From Candidatus Bipolaricaulota bacterium (GTDB lineage: Bacteria; Bipolaricaulota; Bipolaricaulia; Bipolaricaulales; Bipolaricaulaceae), in contig JACIWJ010000001.1 in assembly GCA_014361015.1 (NCBI GenBank), positions 7,765-71,764 of the forward strand: a stretch of 64,000 nt of DNA. The letters are read 5' to 3'. The translations under genes were made by a program, and so were the position numbers. Shown one piece after another: positions 19,486 to 30,958 of the stretch (its first letter is position 1; the number at the start of each line of letters is the position of its first letter). The notes under the pieces are model-generated. The model was given only the letters and a program-made list of their open reading frames with translations, ran no database searches and was not told the origin of the DNA.

Positions 19486-20019
19486 GTCGACAGGGTTGGG
19501 GAGGGCGATCCCCGACTGGGAGAGGAGGTCGAGGAGGTGGTCGAGGTCGCGGATCGCGACCGCCCACACCCCGACCACCTCGCCGCGCTCGTCGACGAAC
19601 ACGGTGAACGGGTAGCGGAGGTGGTCCGCAAGCTGGTAGCGCCGCGTGACCGCTGCTCCGGGGTCGTGGACGACCGGGAACGTGATCCCGCGTTCGAGGA
19701 CGATCGCGGGTACCTGGAGCCAGCGCTCAGGACACACCCCGACCACCGCGATCTGGTTCCCGTAGCGGCGGTGGAACTCCTCCAGCACGACGAGGTCGTG
19801 CTTGCACACCCCGCACCAGGTCGTCCAGAACGCGATCACGATCGGTCTCCCCTGGGCCTCGGCCATCGTGAACTCCCCCAGCCCGGAGAGGGTGAACTCC
19901 GGCGCCCGTTGGCCGACGATCGGGAACACCCCCTCCCCGGGGCGGCTGCCGTGCGGGGCGAGGGCGAGCCCGGCGAAGATGAGGAGGGCGACGAGGAGTC
20001 CGAGGAGACGAACGTCCAT
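19477..20019 (-). CDS. TlpA/ResA-like thiol-disulfide oxidoreductase
   Basis: Signal anchor MDVRLLGLLVALLIFAGLALA and thioredoxin motif FWTTWCGVCKHD. Confidence 0.85.
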   Translation of the reverse strand: MDVRLLGLLVALLIFAGLALAPHGSRPGEGVFPIVGQRAPEFTLSGLGEFTMAEAQGRPIVIAFWTTWCGVCKHDLVVLEEFHRRYGNQIAVVGVCPERWLQVPAIVLERGITFPVVHDPGAAVTRRYQLADHLRYPFTVFVDERGEVVGVWAVAIRDLDHLLDLLSQSGIALPNPVDLR

Positions 20020-20023
20020 CGCC

Positions 20024-22264
20024 TCAGGCCCCTCCGCGAGATGCTTGGGCAAGTTGGCCGAACGCAAGCCCGCCGTCCCCGGGCGGGACGAGCCGGTGAG
20101 ATAGAAACCGCAGGCCCGCCTTCGCCACGGTTTCCTTGACCTCGGTGGCGATGGCGTCGTTGACCGCCACCCCGCCGGTGAGCCCGACGGCCGCAATCCC
20201 CCGCTCCCGGGCGGTCTCAATCGCGATCCGTGCTAGACCGCGCGCGAGAGCCGCCTGGGCGGTCGCGGCGAGGTCGGCCACAGCCGCTCCGGCGGAACGC
20301 AGCTCGGCAAGGGTGCGGAATGCGGCCACGGTGTCCGCGGTCCTTCTCCCTCCGATCTCCCGCAACGGCAGAGGAACCGGATGGGCGGTCCCTCCCCGTG
20401 CGGCGGCCTCGAGCCGCATCGCCGGCTCCCCCTCGTAGGTCCGCGCCCCGGCGATCCCGAGCCACGCTGCCACCGCGTCGAGGAACCGCCCCGCGCTCGT
20501 GGTGTGGGGGCAGTTGAGCTTCCGCTCGATCTGGATCCGCACCGCTTCGAGCTCGTCTTGGCGGAGCCCGGCCTCCCGGGGATCGAGCCCGGCGGCAAGG
20601 AGGTAGCTCGCCGCCATCCGCCCCGGCCGTAGGGTGGCGAGGTCTCCGCCCGGCATCGGCACCGGCGCGAGCGAGCCCACCCGCTCCCAGGAACCCCGCC
20701 TCCACACGATGACCTCCCCGCCCCACGCCTCGCCGTCCGCCCCGTACCCGTACCCGTCGGCGGCGATCCCGACGACGTCCGTGACCCCGTGCTCGGCGGC
20801 GAGCCCAGCGACGTGGGCCACGTGGTGCTGTACGGGGATCGCCTCCCCCAGCTCCGCGGCCAAGCGGGTCGTGGCGAACCGCGGGTGAAGGTCGCACGCG
20901 ATCCGCTTGGGGCGTGGGATGCCGGTGAGGTGAAGGAGATGGGCGAGCGCCTGGCGGAGGAACTCGAGGGTGTCGAGGTGCTCCGTGTTTCCGATGTGTT
21001 GGGAGAGGTAGGCCTTGCCCTGGCTGTAGACGGCGAGGGTCACGTTGAGGTCCCCGCCCAGGGCGAGCAGGGGTTCCTCCCCGAGGTCGACGGCGATCGG
21101 CTCCGGAACCCAGCCCCGCGATCGGCGGAGGAAGGTTGGGGTGCCGGCTGAGATCCGGACCACCGAGTCGTCGCAGCGGGCGACGATCCGCCGGTTGTGG
21201 AGGAGGAACCCGTCGGCCACGTTGGCGAGCTCGCCCAAGATCTGCGCATCGTCGATGAGCATCGGCCGCCCGGGGTAGTTGGCGCTCGTCATCACGAGCG
21301 GGAACGGCAACCTTTCCACCAGGAGGTGGTGGAGCCCGGTGTAGGGGAGCATCACCGCGACCGTGTCCAGTCCCGGGGCGACCGAGGGGGCGACGGACCC
21401 CGGCGTGAGGGGGAGGACGACGATCGGCCGCCGCGGCGAGCGGAGGAGGGCCCATTCCTCAAGGCTGGGACGGGCGATCCGCTCGATCTGGTCCTCGCGA
21501 GCCATGAGGGCGAACGGCTGCCCGGGGCGGCCGAGCCTCCGGCGGAGCTCGGCCACGACCTCCTCCCGCGTCGCGTCGCACGCAAGGTGCGTTCCACCGA
21601 GGCCCTTGATCGCCACCACCTTCCCCTCGCGGAGCGCGTCCTGGGCGGCGGAGATCGGATCCCCCGTCACCTCCTGCTCGCCCTTGACGTAGCGCAGCCG
21701 GGGGCCACAGGCCGGACAGGCGATCGTCTGGGCATGGTAGCGGCGGTCCAGCGGGTCGGAGTACTCGCGCTGGCAGTCCGGGCACATCGTGAACTCCCGG
21801 AACGCGGTCCGCGGCCGGTCGTAGGGGAGGCCCTCGATCACCGTGAACCGCGGGCCGCAGTCGGTGCAGCTCGTGGCCCAGTAGCCGTGGAACCGGCTGT
21901 GGGGATCGGCGAGGTCCTTCAGGCAGGAGGCGCAGGTGGCGACGTCGGGGGGGATCGTGCCCCTCCCCCCTCTCCCGTCCAGCGATGAGGCGATCCGAAA
22001 CTCCGTGTCGCCGTTGGGGGATAGGTCCGTCAGCTCCACGCTTTCGATCTCGGCGAGGGGGGGTGCCCCGGGGCGGAGCGTGGTGATGAACTGGGCAACG
22101 GAGGCGGGGTCGCCTTCGACCTCGATCTCCACCCCAGCGTCGCCCAAGTTGCGGACGTGCCCAGCGAGGCCGAGTCCGACCGCGGTGCGATACACGAACG
22201 GGCGGAACCCGACCCCTTGGACGGTCCCCACCACGTGGATCCTCTTCCGGACGCGGTCTGCCAT
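20024..22264 (-). CDS. hypF: [NiFe]-hydrogenase maturation carbamoyltransferase HypF
   Basis: Acylphosphatase-like N-terminus VVGTVQGVGFRPFVY, two CxxC-X18-CxxC zinc fingers, YrdC-like and Kae1-like domains, 746 aa. Confidence 0.95.
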   Translation of the reverse strand: MADRVRKRIHVVGTVQGVGFRPFVYRTAVGLGLAGHVRNLGDAGVEIEVEGDPASVAQFITTLRPGAPPLAEIESVELTDLSPNGDTEFRIASSLDGRGGRGTIPPDVATCASCLKDLADPHSRFHGYWATSCTDCGPRFTVIEGLPYDRPRTAFREFTMCPDCQREYSDPLDRRYHAQTIACPACGPRLRYVKGEQEVTGDPISAAQDALREGKVVAIKGLGGTHLACDATREEVVAELRRRLGRPGQPFALMAREDQIERIARPSLEEWALLRSPRRPIVVLPLTPGSVAPSVAPGLDTVAVMLPYTGLHHLLVERLPFPLVMTSANYPGRPMLIDDAQILGELANVADGFLLHNRRIVARCDDSVVRISAGTPTFLRRSRGWVPEPIAVDLGEEPLLALGGDLNVTLAVYSQGKAYLSQHIGNTEHLDTLEFLRQALAHLLHLTGIPRPKRIACDLHPRFATTRLAAELGEAIPVQHHVAHVAGLAAEHGVTDVVGIAADGYGYGADGEAWGGEVIVWRRGSWERVGSLAPVPMPGGDLATLRPGRMAASYLLAAGLDPREAGLRQDELEAVRIQIERKLNCPHTTSAGRFLDAVAAWLGIAGARTYEGEPAMRLEAAARGGTAHPVPLPLREIGGRRTADTVAAFRTLAELRSAGAAVADLAATAQAALARGLARIAIETARERGIAAVGLTGGVAVNDAIATEVKETVAKAGLRFLSHRLVPPGDGGLAFGQLAQASRGGA

Positions 22265-22377
22265 CGAGAAGCGAGTATACCTGGCTCTGGCGCGTCCCCC
22301 GGGCGTCCCCTCTGTCCCGCCGCGGACGGACGAGGGTGGTTGGAGCGGGGGAGGTTGAGGGGTGGAATGGGGGGAGC

Positions 22378-23457
22378 ATGGTGCGGGCGAGCGTGGACAC
22401 GGGGGTGGTGCGGGCTAACCTGGAGCGGCTCCGGGAGTGGCTCCCCCGCCGGTTGTCGATCCTCCTTGTGGTGAAGGAGGATGCCTACGGGCACGGGCTC
22501 CTCCCCGTGGCGCGCGCCGCCCGAGGGATCGCGGACTGGTTCGGTGTTGCTTACCTCAGCGAAGCGCTGGCGCTCCGCCGGGCGGGGTTCGAGCAGCCGA
22601 TCTTCATCATGATTCCCCCGGTTGGGCCGTCCCTCGTCGAGGCGATCCGCGGTGGGTATCACCTGCCCCTCGGAGATTGGGGGATGATCCGGGAGATCGA
22701 GGGTGCGGCGCGGCGCGCGGGGCGGAGAGCCCTCGTCCACGTCGAGGTGGACACGGGGATGGGGCGGTTTGGCCTCCTCCCGGAGGAGGCGGAAGGGGCC
22801 CTCCGGAGGATCGATCGGAACCGGATCGAGATCGCCGGCGTCTATTCCCACCTCTCCTCGGCCAACGGCGGCAGTGCCGAGGACCTCCACTTCACCCGTG
22901 CTCAGGTGTGGTGGTTCCGCAAGCTGCTTGAAGAGTGGGAGCGGCGGGGGATCGAGATCCCATGGCGGCACCTCGCCAACTCGGCGGCCGTCCTCACGTT
23001 CGACGAGGCGACCGCTGCCCCCCTGAACATGGTCCGGATCGGCACCGCCGCCTACGGCTACCCGGAGGGGCCCCTCCCCCCACCGGTGGAGCTCGTCCCC
23101 GCGGCTCAGGTGTGGACCGAGGTGGCGGCGGTGCGGGACCTCCCCCGAAGCTGGCCGGTCGGGTACGGCCGGGGGTACATGACGCCGGATGCGCGGAAGG
23201 TGGCGATCCTCGCCGCTGGGTACGGGGACGGGCTGCGGCCCGAGCTCAAGCGGGTCGTGATCCGCGATCAGGTGGCCGAGCTCCTTGGGAAGCTCGGGAT
23301 GGACAGCGTCGCTGCTGATGTGAGCGGGATCGGGGGCATCGCCCGCGGGGATCGGGCCGTGCTGTTTGGCCCCGGGGTGAACGGCCACCAGGGCTGGATC
23401 TGCCCCGTGCTTGTACCGGTCCTCCTCTCTTCCCACCGCCGCTGGGTGCGGTCCTGA
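22378..23457 (+). CDS. alr: alanine racemase
   Basis: PLP-lysine motif VVKEDAYGHG and a C-terminal beta domain with YGDG. Start chosen at MVRASVD. Confidence 0.9.
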   Translation: MVRASVDTGVVRANLERLREWLPRRLSILLVVKEDAYGHGLLPVARAARGIADWFGVAYLSEALALRRAGFEQPIFIMIPPVGPSLVEAIRGGYHLPLGDWGMIREIEGAARRAGRRALVHVEVDTGMGRFGLLPEEAEGALRRIDRNRIEIAGVYSHLSSANGGSAEDLHFTRAQVWWFRKLLEEWERRGIEIPWRHLANSAAVLTFDEATAAPLNMVRIGTAAYGYPEGPLPPPVELVPAAQVWTEVAAVRDLPRSWPVGYGRGYMTPDARKVAILAAGYGDGLRPELKRVVIRDQVAELLGKLGMDSVAADVSGIGGIARGDRAVLFGPGVNGHQGWICPVLVPVLLSSHRRWVRS

Positions 23458-23553
23458 TCCGCCGGGGCTGGCTGCGGCCTCGGGCGATGGGGGGTAGAAT
23501 AGCGCTTGTGAACTCAGGTGCGTTGGGCCCCCGCCGCCCGCTCGGGAGCTAGG

Positions 23554-25344
<1,791 letters not shown>

Positions 25345-25576
25345 AAGCCCTCACCGCCGAGCACGCGGAGATCGCCGAGGACGGCCAGCTCACCACGAAG
25401 GCCCAAGGACACGAAGTGGGGACCGGCGGGTCCGGAAGCTCCCTGTTTCAGGACCCTTCAGATCCCTTGGTAACTCCGTGCCCTTGGGGTGCGGCTGTCC
25501 GAAGGCCCCGGTCAGGAAAGCGCCCCGTCTCCTTACGGGCCCCGGACCCCGGACCGCGGTCCACGGCCCGGAGGGC

Positions 25577-27325
25577 CTACTTCGCGAGCTGTTCGAACCG
25601 CGCCACCCGCTCCCCGAGCACGGCCAGCCCCCCCTCCCAGAACGACCGCGATTCGAGGTCGAACCCGAACCGCCCCGCGAGCTCCTGGGCCGGGTAGATC
25701 CCCACCGACGCCAGGAGGTCGTCGTAGCGGGCCACGAACGCCTCTCCTTCCTGGACGTACTTCTGGTAGAGGGCGAGCCCGAACAGGAGCCCGAACGTGT
25801 ACGGGAAGTTGTAGAAGTCGGTCCCGTAGTAGTGGGGCTTCACCGCCCACATGTAGGGGTGGTAGGTGGCCAGCGCGTCGCCGTAGGTTGCCCTCTGGGC
25901 GTCGAGCATGAGCCCGCAGAACTCGTCGGCCGACAGCTCCCGCCCGGGCCGCTTCTCGAACACCGCCTTCTCGAACAGGAACCGGGAGTGGATGTCGACC
26001 ACCACCTGCGCCGCCCCCTGGAGGTCGGCCTCGAGGACCGGAAGCTGTTCCTTCGCCGGGAGCGTCTTGAGCGCGGCCTGGACGACGATCGTCTCGTTCA
26101 TGATGCTCGCCGTCTCGGCGAGCGTCATCGGGTACATGCGGAGCAACGGCGGCCTCTCCCGCAGGCAGTGGTTGTGGTAGGCGTGGCCGAGCTCGTGGGC
26201 GATCGTGGAGACCGAGTCGAAGCTCTCCTCGAAGTTGGCGAGGATCCGGCTCTTCCCCCCGCCGATCGGCATGCAGTACGCCCCGCCGCGCTTGCCCTTC
26301 CTCGGCTCGGCGTCGATCCACCGGTCGCGGAACGCGGTCTCCGCCACCGCCGCGTCCGAGGGGGAGAACGTGTGGAGCTGCTCCACGATGAACGCCGCCC
26401 CCTCGTCCCACGTCCACGTCTTCTCGCTTGTGCCCACCGGCGCGGCGAGGTCCCACCAGTCGAGCTTGGGCTTCCCCAGGAGCCGCGCCTTGGCCCGGAA
26501 GTAGCGGTGCCACACCGGGAAGCTCGCCACGACCGCCTCCTGCATCGCCGCGAGCACCTGGGGGGAGATCCGGTTCCGGACGAGGACGGGCTCGAGGTCG
26601 TCCCGCCACTTCCGCTTGCGGTTGAGGGTCGACGCCTCGCCCTTGACCCCGTTCAGGGCGGCGGCGAGCGGCACCTCGTGCGCCTTCCACGCCGCGAGTT
26701 CCGCGTCGTAGGCCTCTTTGCGGACCTTGGGGTCCGGGCTGTGGGCGAGGTTGCGGACCGCGGTGATCGGGAGCTCTTTGCCGCCCACGGTGGCCGTGAT
26801 GAGGCTCGACACGTTGCCATGGAGCTTCGTCCACGCGCTCCCGCCCGAGAGGCGGAGCTCAGCGGCGAGGATCTCCTCCGGCTCGCTCATCATGTGCTCG
26901 GCCTGGACGCGGGCCTCGTCGAGCATCAGCTTGTACGGGCCGGCGCTGATCCTCTCCGGGTCGAGCCGTGCCAGCCACGCCGTGAGCCGCGGCCGGAGCC
27001 GCTCGTAGAGGAGGAACATCCGCTGGAGTTCGGATAGCCTGGCCTGGGCGGCCTGGTTCGTGCTGTCCGTGTCCACCTGACCCGACACGAACGCGCGCAC
27101 GGGGAGGAACGCCTCGAGAAGGCCGTTGATCGCGGTCGTGATCTCCTCGAACGCGGCACGGTCCGAGTCCCGCATCGGCCGTGGGCCGACCTCGTGCTCG
27201 TTGAAGAGCGGTTCTAGAGCCTGGAGGCGTGCCTGGAGGTCCGTCCACGCGGCCGTGAACGCGGGGTCGTCGAGGCTCGCGAACAGGGGCGACAGATCCC
27301 AATGGGGCAGCTTCTTCTCGGTCAT
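25577..27325 (-). CDS. pepF: oligoendopeptidase F-like M3B metallopeptidase
   Basis: HELGHAYH zinc motif, 582 aa from MTEKKLPHWDL. The ORF-track 763-aa version is an upstream extension. Confidence 0.9.
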   Translation of the reverse strand: MTEKKLPHWDLSPLFASLDDPAFTAAWTDLQARLQALEPLFNEHEVGPRPMRDSDRAAFEEITTAINGLLEAFLPVRAFVSGQVDTDSTNQAAQARLSELQRMFLLYERLRPRLTAWLARLDPERISAGPYKLMLDEARVQAEHMMSEPEEILAAELRLSGGSAWTKLHGNVSSLITATVGGKELPITAVRNLAHSPDPKVRKEAYDAELAAWKAHEVPLAAALNGVKGEASTLNRKRKWRDDLEPVLVRNRISPQVLAAMQEAVVASFPVWHRYFRAKARLLGKPKLDWWDLAAPVGTSEKTWTWDEGAAFIVEQLHTFSPSDAAVAETAFRDRWIDAEPRKGKRGGAYCMPIGGGKSRILANFEESFDSVSTIAHELGHAYHNHCLRERPPLLRMYPMTLAETASIMNETIVVQAALKTLPAKEQLPVLEADLQGAAQVVVDIHSRFLFEKAVFEKRPGRELSADEFCGLMLDAQRATYGDALATYHPYMWAVKPHYYGTDFYNFPYTFGLLFGLALYQKYVQEGEAFVARYDDLLASVGIYPAQELAGRFGFDLESRSFWEGGLAVLGERVARFEQLAK

Positions 27326-27424
27326 GGGGTGGAGTATACCCCTCGCGGCGGGATCCGGTCTGGGATGAGGTGACCCGTCCCGGGGGCGCTGAGCTGAGAA
27401 GAGAGGCGGTACACTGGCTGGGCG

Positions 27425-27988
27425 ATGACAATCGTTGATCTGCGCGGTGGCGACGAGCGGGTGATCCACCAGGCAGCGGAGCTGCTCGTGCGCTGCTTTG
27501 CCCACATCCCGAGCGGGTGGCACACGCTGGAGGAGGGGCTCGCGGAGGTGCGGGAGTCGCTGGCGCCGGGCCGGGTGAGCCGCGTCGCCCTGGACGAGAA
27601 CGGGGACGTGCTCGGCTGGATCGGGGCGATTCCGATGTACCAAGGCCACGTGTGGGAGCTTCATCCGCTCGTCGTCCGACCCGACCGGCAGCGGCAGGGG
27701 ATCGGCCGGGCTCTCGTTGCGGACCTGGAGCGTCTCGCCCGCGAGCGGGGCGTGGACACGATCTTCATCGGCACGGACGACGAGGACGGGCGGACGAACC
27801 TCTCCGGCGTGGACCTCTACCCCGACGTCCTCTCGTGGGCGGCGCGGATCGAGCACGTGGGCGGGCACCCGTTCGCGTTCTACCGGAAGTGCGGGTTCGT
27901 GGTGGTCGGCCTGATCCCGGACGCGAACGGGTTCGGCAAGCCCGACATCCTGATGGCGAAGCGGATCACGGCTCCGAGGCCGGGGTAG
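27425..27988 (+). CDS. GNAT family N-acetyltransferase
   Basis: Acetyl-CoA motif A RQRQGIGRALVADLERLARERG, 187 aa. Confidence 0.8.
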   Translation: MTIVDLRGGDERVIHQAAELLVRCFAHIPSGWHTLEEGLAEVRESLAPGRVSRVALDENGDVLGWIGAIPMYQGHVWELHPLVVRPDRQRQGIGRALVADLERLARERGVDTIFIGTDDEDGRTNLSGVDLYPDVLSWAARIEHVGGHPFAFYRKCGFVVVGLIPDANGFGKPDILMAKRITAPRPG

Positions 27989-28163
27989 CTCCTACGAAAG
28001 TCTTGCCTCTCCTGCGAGAGAGGGCACGGGCAGATTCCCCCTGGGGTCCAATTCTGCCGTGGGGGGAGAGGGTCGCGGTGTGGAGGCAACCCGGCGTGGA
28101 GGTCGCCTGTTCATGTGCGATGAATTTGAGATGCGTGTCACAACGGAGGACGGCGTGCTTGGC

Positions 28164-29501
28164 CTACCGGTGGGATCTGGCTCCTACTGCGACCACGCAC
28201 AGATCAGCGACATTGGTCCCTGTCGGCCCTGTCACCACGAGGTCTCGGGACGCCCTGAGTGCGGTGTAGGCATCGTTGTTGAGCAGTGCCGCCCTGGGAT
28301 CTATCCCTGCCGCGATCATCCGTCCCACAGACCCCCCGTCCACCATCCCCCCCGCCGCGTCGGTGGGGCCGTCCCGTCCGTCGGTTCCCACGAAGCACAG
28401 GACCACACCGTCGAGTTCAGCGATTCCCAGTGCAGCGGCCAGAGCGGCCTCCTGGTTCCTCCCCCCTTTGCCGCTCCCTCGCACGGTCACCGTGGTCTCC
28501 CCAGCAAGGACGAGGAGTCCGGGGCGGGGGACAGGGCGCCCGCAGCGCACCACTTCCCGCGCTAGAGAGGCGATGACCTGCCCCACCTCCCGGGCCTCGC
28601 CGCACAACTCGGTGGTGAGGATCGCCCCCTTGAACCCCAACCGCTCTCCCGCTTCGAGGGCGGCCTCAGCTGCAGTGGCTCCGCTTCCCACGGTCATGTT
28701 GTGCACCGTCCGAAACACGGGATCGCCCGGCTTCGGCGTCTCGGGGATCTCTCCCTCCACTCCGCGGGTGATGTGGCTGCGAACTGCCTCCGGGACCTTC
28801 TCCCACAGCCGATGGTCCTGAAGAACGCGGTGCGCATCGAGGAACGTGGTTGGATCTGGAACCGTGGGGCCGGAGGCAATGACGTGGAGGGGGTCCCCAG
28901 GGACATCGGACAGGATGAGGGATACCACCTGGGCTGGGGCAGCGCGGCGCGCGAGCTGCCCCCCCTTCAGCTGGTCGAGGTGCTTCCGGACGGAGTTCAC
29001 CGCCTGGATCGGGGCCCCGGAGCGCAACAGGAGTTCGTGGGTCTCCTGAAGATGTTCCAGGGTGAGCCCGGTGGCGGGGAGGGTGAGAAGGGCGGATCCC
29101 CCACCTGAGATGACGACCAGAACAAGATCATCTTGCGCGGCCCCATCGACGAGCCCCGCGATGCGGCGAGCTGCCTCTACTCCACGGCTGTCCGGCACCG
29201 GGTGGGACGCCTCCACCACCTCGATCCGCTCGCACTACACCCTGTACCCGTCTGCCGTCACCACGAGCCCGGCCTTCACCCTCTCCCCCAGGATGGCCTC
29301 GACCGCCCGGGCCATCGTCCCTGACGCCTTCCCGAAACCGACCACGATCACTCCCCGCGCGGGGAATCGCTGGTCCCCAACCTGCACCTGATCCCCTGCC
29401 CTGGCGAGGACGCGCTTCACGCACTCGCCGGGGTTCACGGAAGCGATGGCTGCCTGCACGATCTCGGTCACGGCTCGCCGCAATCCCTGGGTGTTCATCA
29501 T
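28164..29501 (-). pseudogene. MOFRL-family glycerate kinase interrupted by a single in-frame TAG (29235-29237)
   Basis: ORFs 29235..29753 and 28164..29219 are in the same frame. The reading ...VVTADGYRV-TAG-CERIEVVEASHPVPD... is continuous with the conserved HPxPD region, followed by ISGGGSALL and the C-terminal MOFRL domain. Total 446 codons. Confidence 0.85.
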
Positions 29502-29653
29502 GCGATGATCCACCCTGCGGCCCGGCTGCGCGAGGGGCGCCGGGCGCCCGGCCACCGCCCAATCTGGGGCACTCCTTCTCCCCGGATTCCGGGGATGGCG
29601 TGCGGTGGGCAGGCGGTATACTCCCGTATGGGAGGAGGAGGGCAGCGGGGGAC

Positions 29654-30958
29654 ATGGCACGCGCGGGTCCGGTGACGGTGGCTCTCGTGGGCGCGGGGCA
29701 AAGGGGAGGTGACGTCTACGGGCGCTACATCCTCGACCACCCCCGTTCGGCAAGGGTTGTGGCCGTGGCGGAGCCGGACGCCACGCGCCGCGCTGCCATC
29801 GGCCGCGCTCACGGAGTGCCCTCCGCCAGGCTGTTTTCCTCCTGGGACGACCTCCTGTCCTGCGGCAGGCTGGCGGAAGCGCTCATTGTGGCCACACCGG
29901 ACAACCTCCACGCGGAACCCGCCCTGGCCGCACTGGAGCGCGGCTACCACGTTCTCCTCGAGAAGCCCATCGCCACGTCCAGGGAGGACCTCCTTCGCCT
30001 CTGGGAAGCCGCCTACCGCTCCCCCGGATCGGTGACGGTGGCCCACGTGCTCCGGTACACGCCGTTCTTCCGCACGGTCAAGGATCTGCTGGATCGGGGG
30101 GCGGTTGGGCAGCTCGTGTCCGTGATTCAGGTTGAGAACATCGGGTACTGGCACTTCGCCCATTCCTACGTCCGTGGGAACTGGCGACGGGCAGACCGCG
30201 CCTGCCCGCTGGTCCTGGCCAAGGCCTGTCACGATTTGGACCTCCTCGGTTGGTTCATCGGGGGGAACTGCCGGTTCGTGCGGTCAGTGGGAAGCCTGAC
30301 CTTCTTCCGACCGGAGAACGCCCCCCCCGGAGCCACGGAACGGTGCACCGACCCCTGCCCGCACGAGCCCGTGTGCCCCTACTCCGCGGTGGAGATCTAC
30401 CTGCGCCGGTTTGGCAAGGATAGGGGATGGCCTGGATCGGTGATCTCCCCCGATCCGGCCGCGCGGGCAGCGGCGCTGGCCCAGAGTCCCTACAGCCGCT
30501 GTGTCTTCCGGTGTGACAACGATGTCCCCGACCAGCAGGTCGTGGTGATGGAGTTCGAAAGAGGCGTGGTGGCTACGCTGGTCGTCTCCGCCTTTACCGC
30601 CGAGAACACCCGCACCGTCAAGCTGATGGGCACCCACGGGGAGATCCGGGGGCACCTCGGCCGGGGGGAGGTCTCCGTCCTCCCCTTCTCCCGCCTTCCC
30701 CCACGGCGATTCCGTACCCTAGCGTGTGGTGGGCACGCGGGGGGCGATGATGGACTGATGGAGGCCTTCTTGAAGAGGGTTCATGAGGCACGAGTCGGAC
30801 CTGTTCCGTCCCCCCTCACCTCCCTGGACGCGTCCTTGGTCAGTCACCTCTGGGCCCTCGCGGCCGAGGAGGCTCGGATCAGCGGGAAGATGGTGGACTT
30901 GGAGGACTGGATGGCTCTCATCCCACGTCAGGGCTCCCCCGCCGCGCGCCGGCAGTAG
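29654..30958 (+). CDS. Gfo/Idh/MocA family oxidoreductase
   Basis: N-terminal Rossmann fold VALVGAGQRGGDVYGRY and the EKP motif (LLEKPIATS). Confidence 0.85.
   Translation: MARAGPVTVALVGAGQRGGDVYGRYILDHPRSARVVAVAEPDATRRAAIGRAHGVPSARLFSSWDDLLSCGRLAEALIVATPDNLHAEPALAALERGYHVLLEKPIATSREDLLRLWEAAYRSPGSVTVAHVLRYTPFFRTVKDLLDRGAVGQLVSVIQVENIGYWHFAHSYVRGNWRRADRACPLVLAKACHDLDLLGWFIGGNCRFVRSVGSLTFFRPENAPPGATERCTDPCPHEPVCPYSAVEIYLRRFGKDRGWPGSVISPDPAARAAALAQSPYSRCVFRCDNDVPDQQVVVMEFERGVVATLVVSAFTAENTRTVKLMGTHGEIRGHLGRGEVSVLPFSRLPPRRFRTLACGGHAGGDDGLMEAFLKRVHEARVGPVPSPLTSLDASLVSHLWALAAEEARISGKMVDLEDWMALIPRQGSPAARRQ

Noticed and set aside
23458-23553. Possible glmS ribozyme upstream of glmS (an AGCGC motif at about 23500).
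   Set aside because: Only about 95 nt are available between alr and glmS. I cannot find the conserved ribozyme core beyond that pentamer, and the region is too short for the roughly 170-nt element.
25345-25576. 232-nt gap between convergent glmS and pepF, with several short palindromes (GGACCGGCGGGTCC, GGACCGCGGTCC, GCCCCGT...ACGGGCC) that might be an sRNA or terminators.
   Set aside because: The stems are short and are not followed by convincing U-tracts, and there is no recognisable RNA family motif. The region probably holds weak bidirectional terminators, but I cannot support a specific feature.
29235-29237. TAG reassigned as a sense codon (e.g. pyrrolysine or genetic code change) to explain the split glycerate kinase.
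   Set aside because: TAG terminates pheT (1633-1635), the M1 peptidase (4027-4029), pepF, jag, secF and the small nrdD C-terminal ORF at sensible positions. A global reassignment is therefore not supported.
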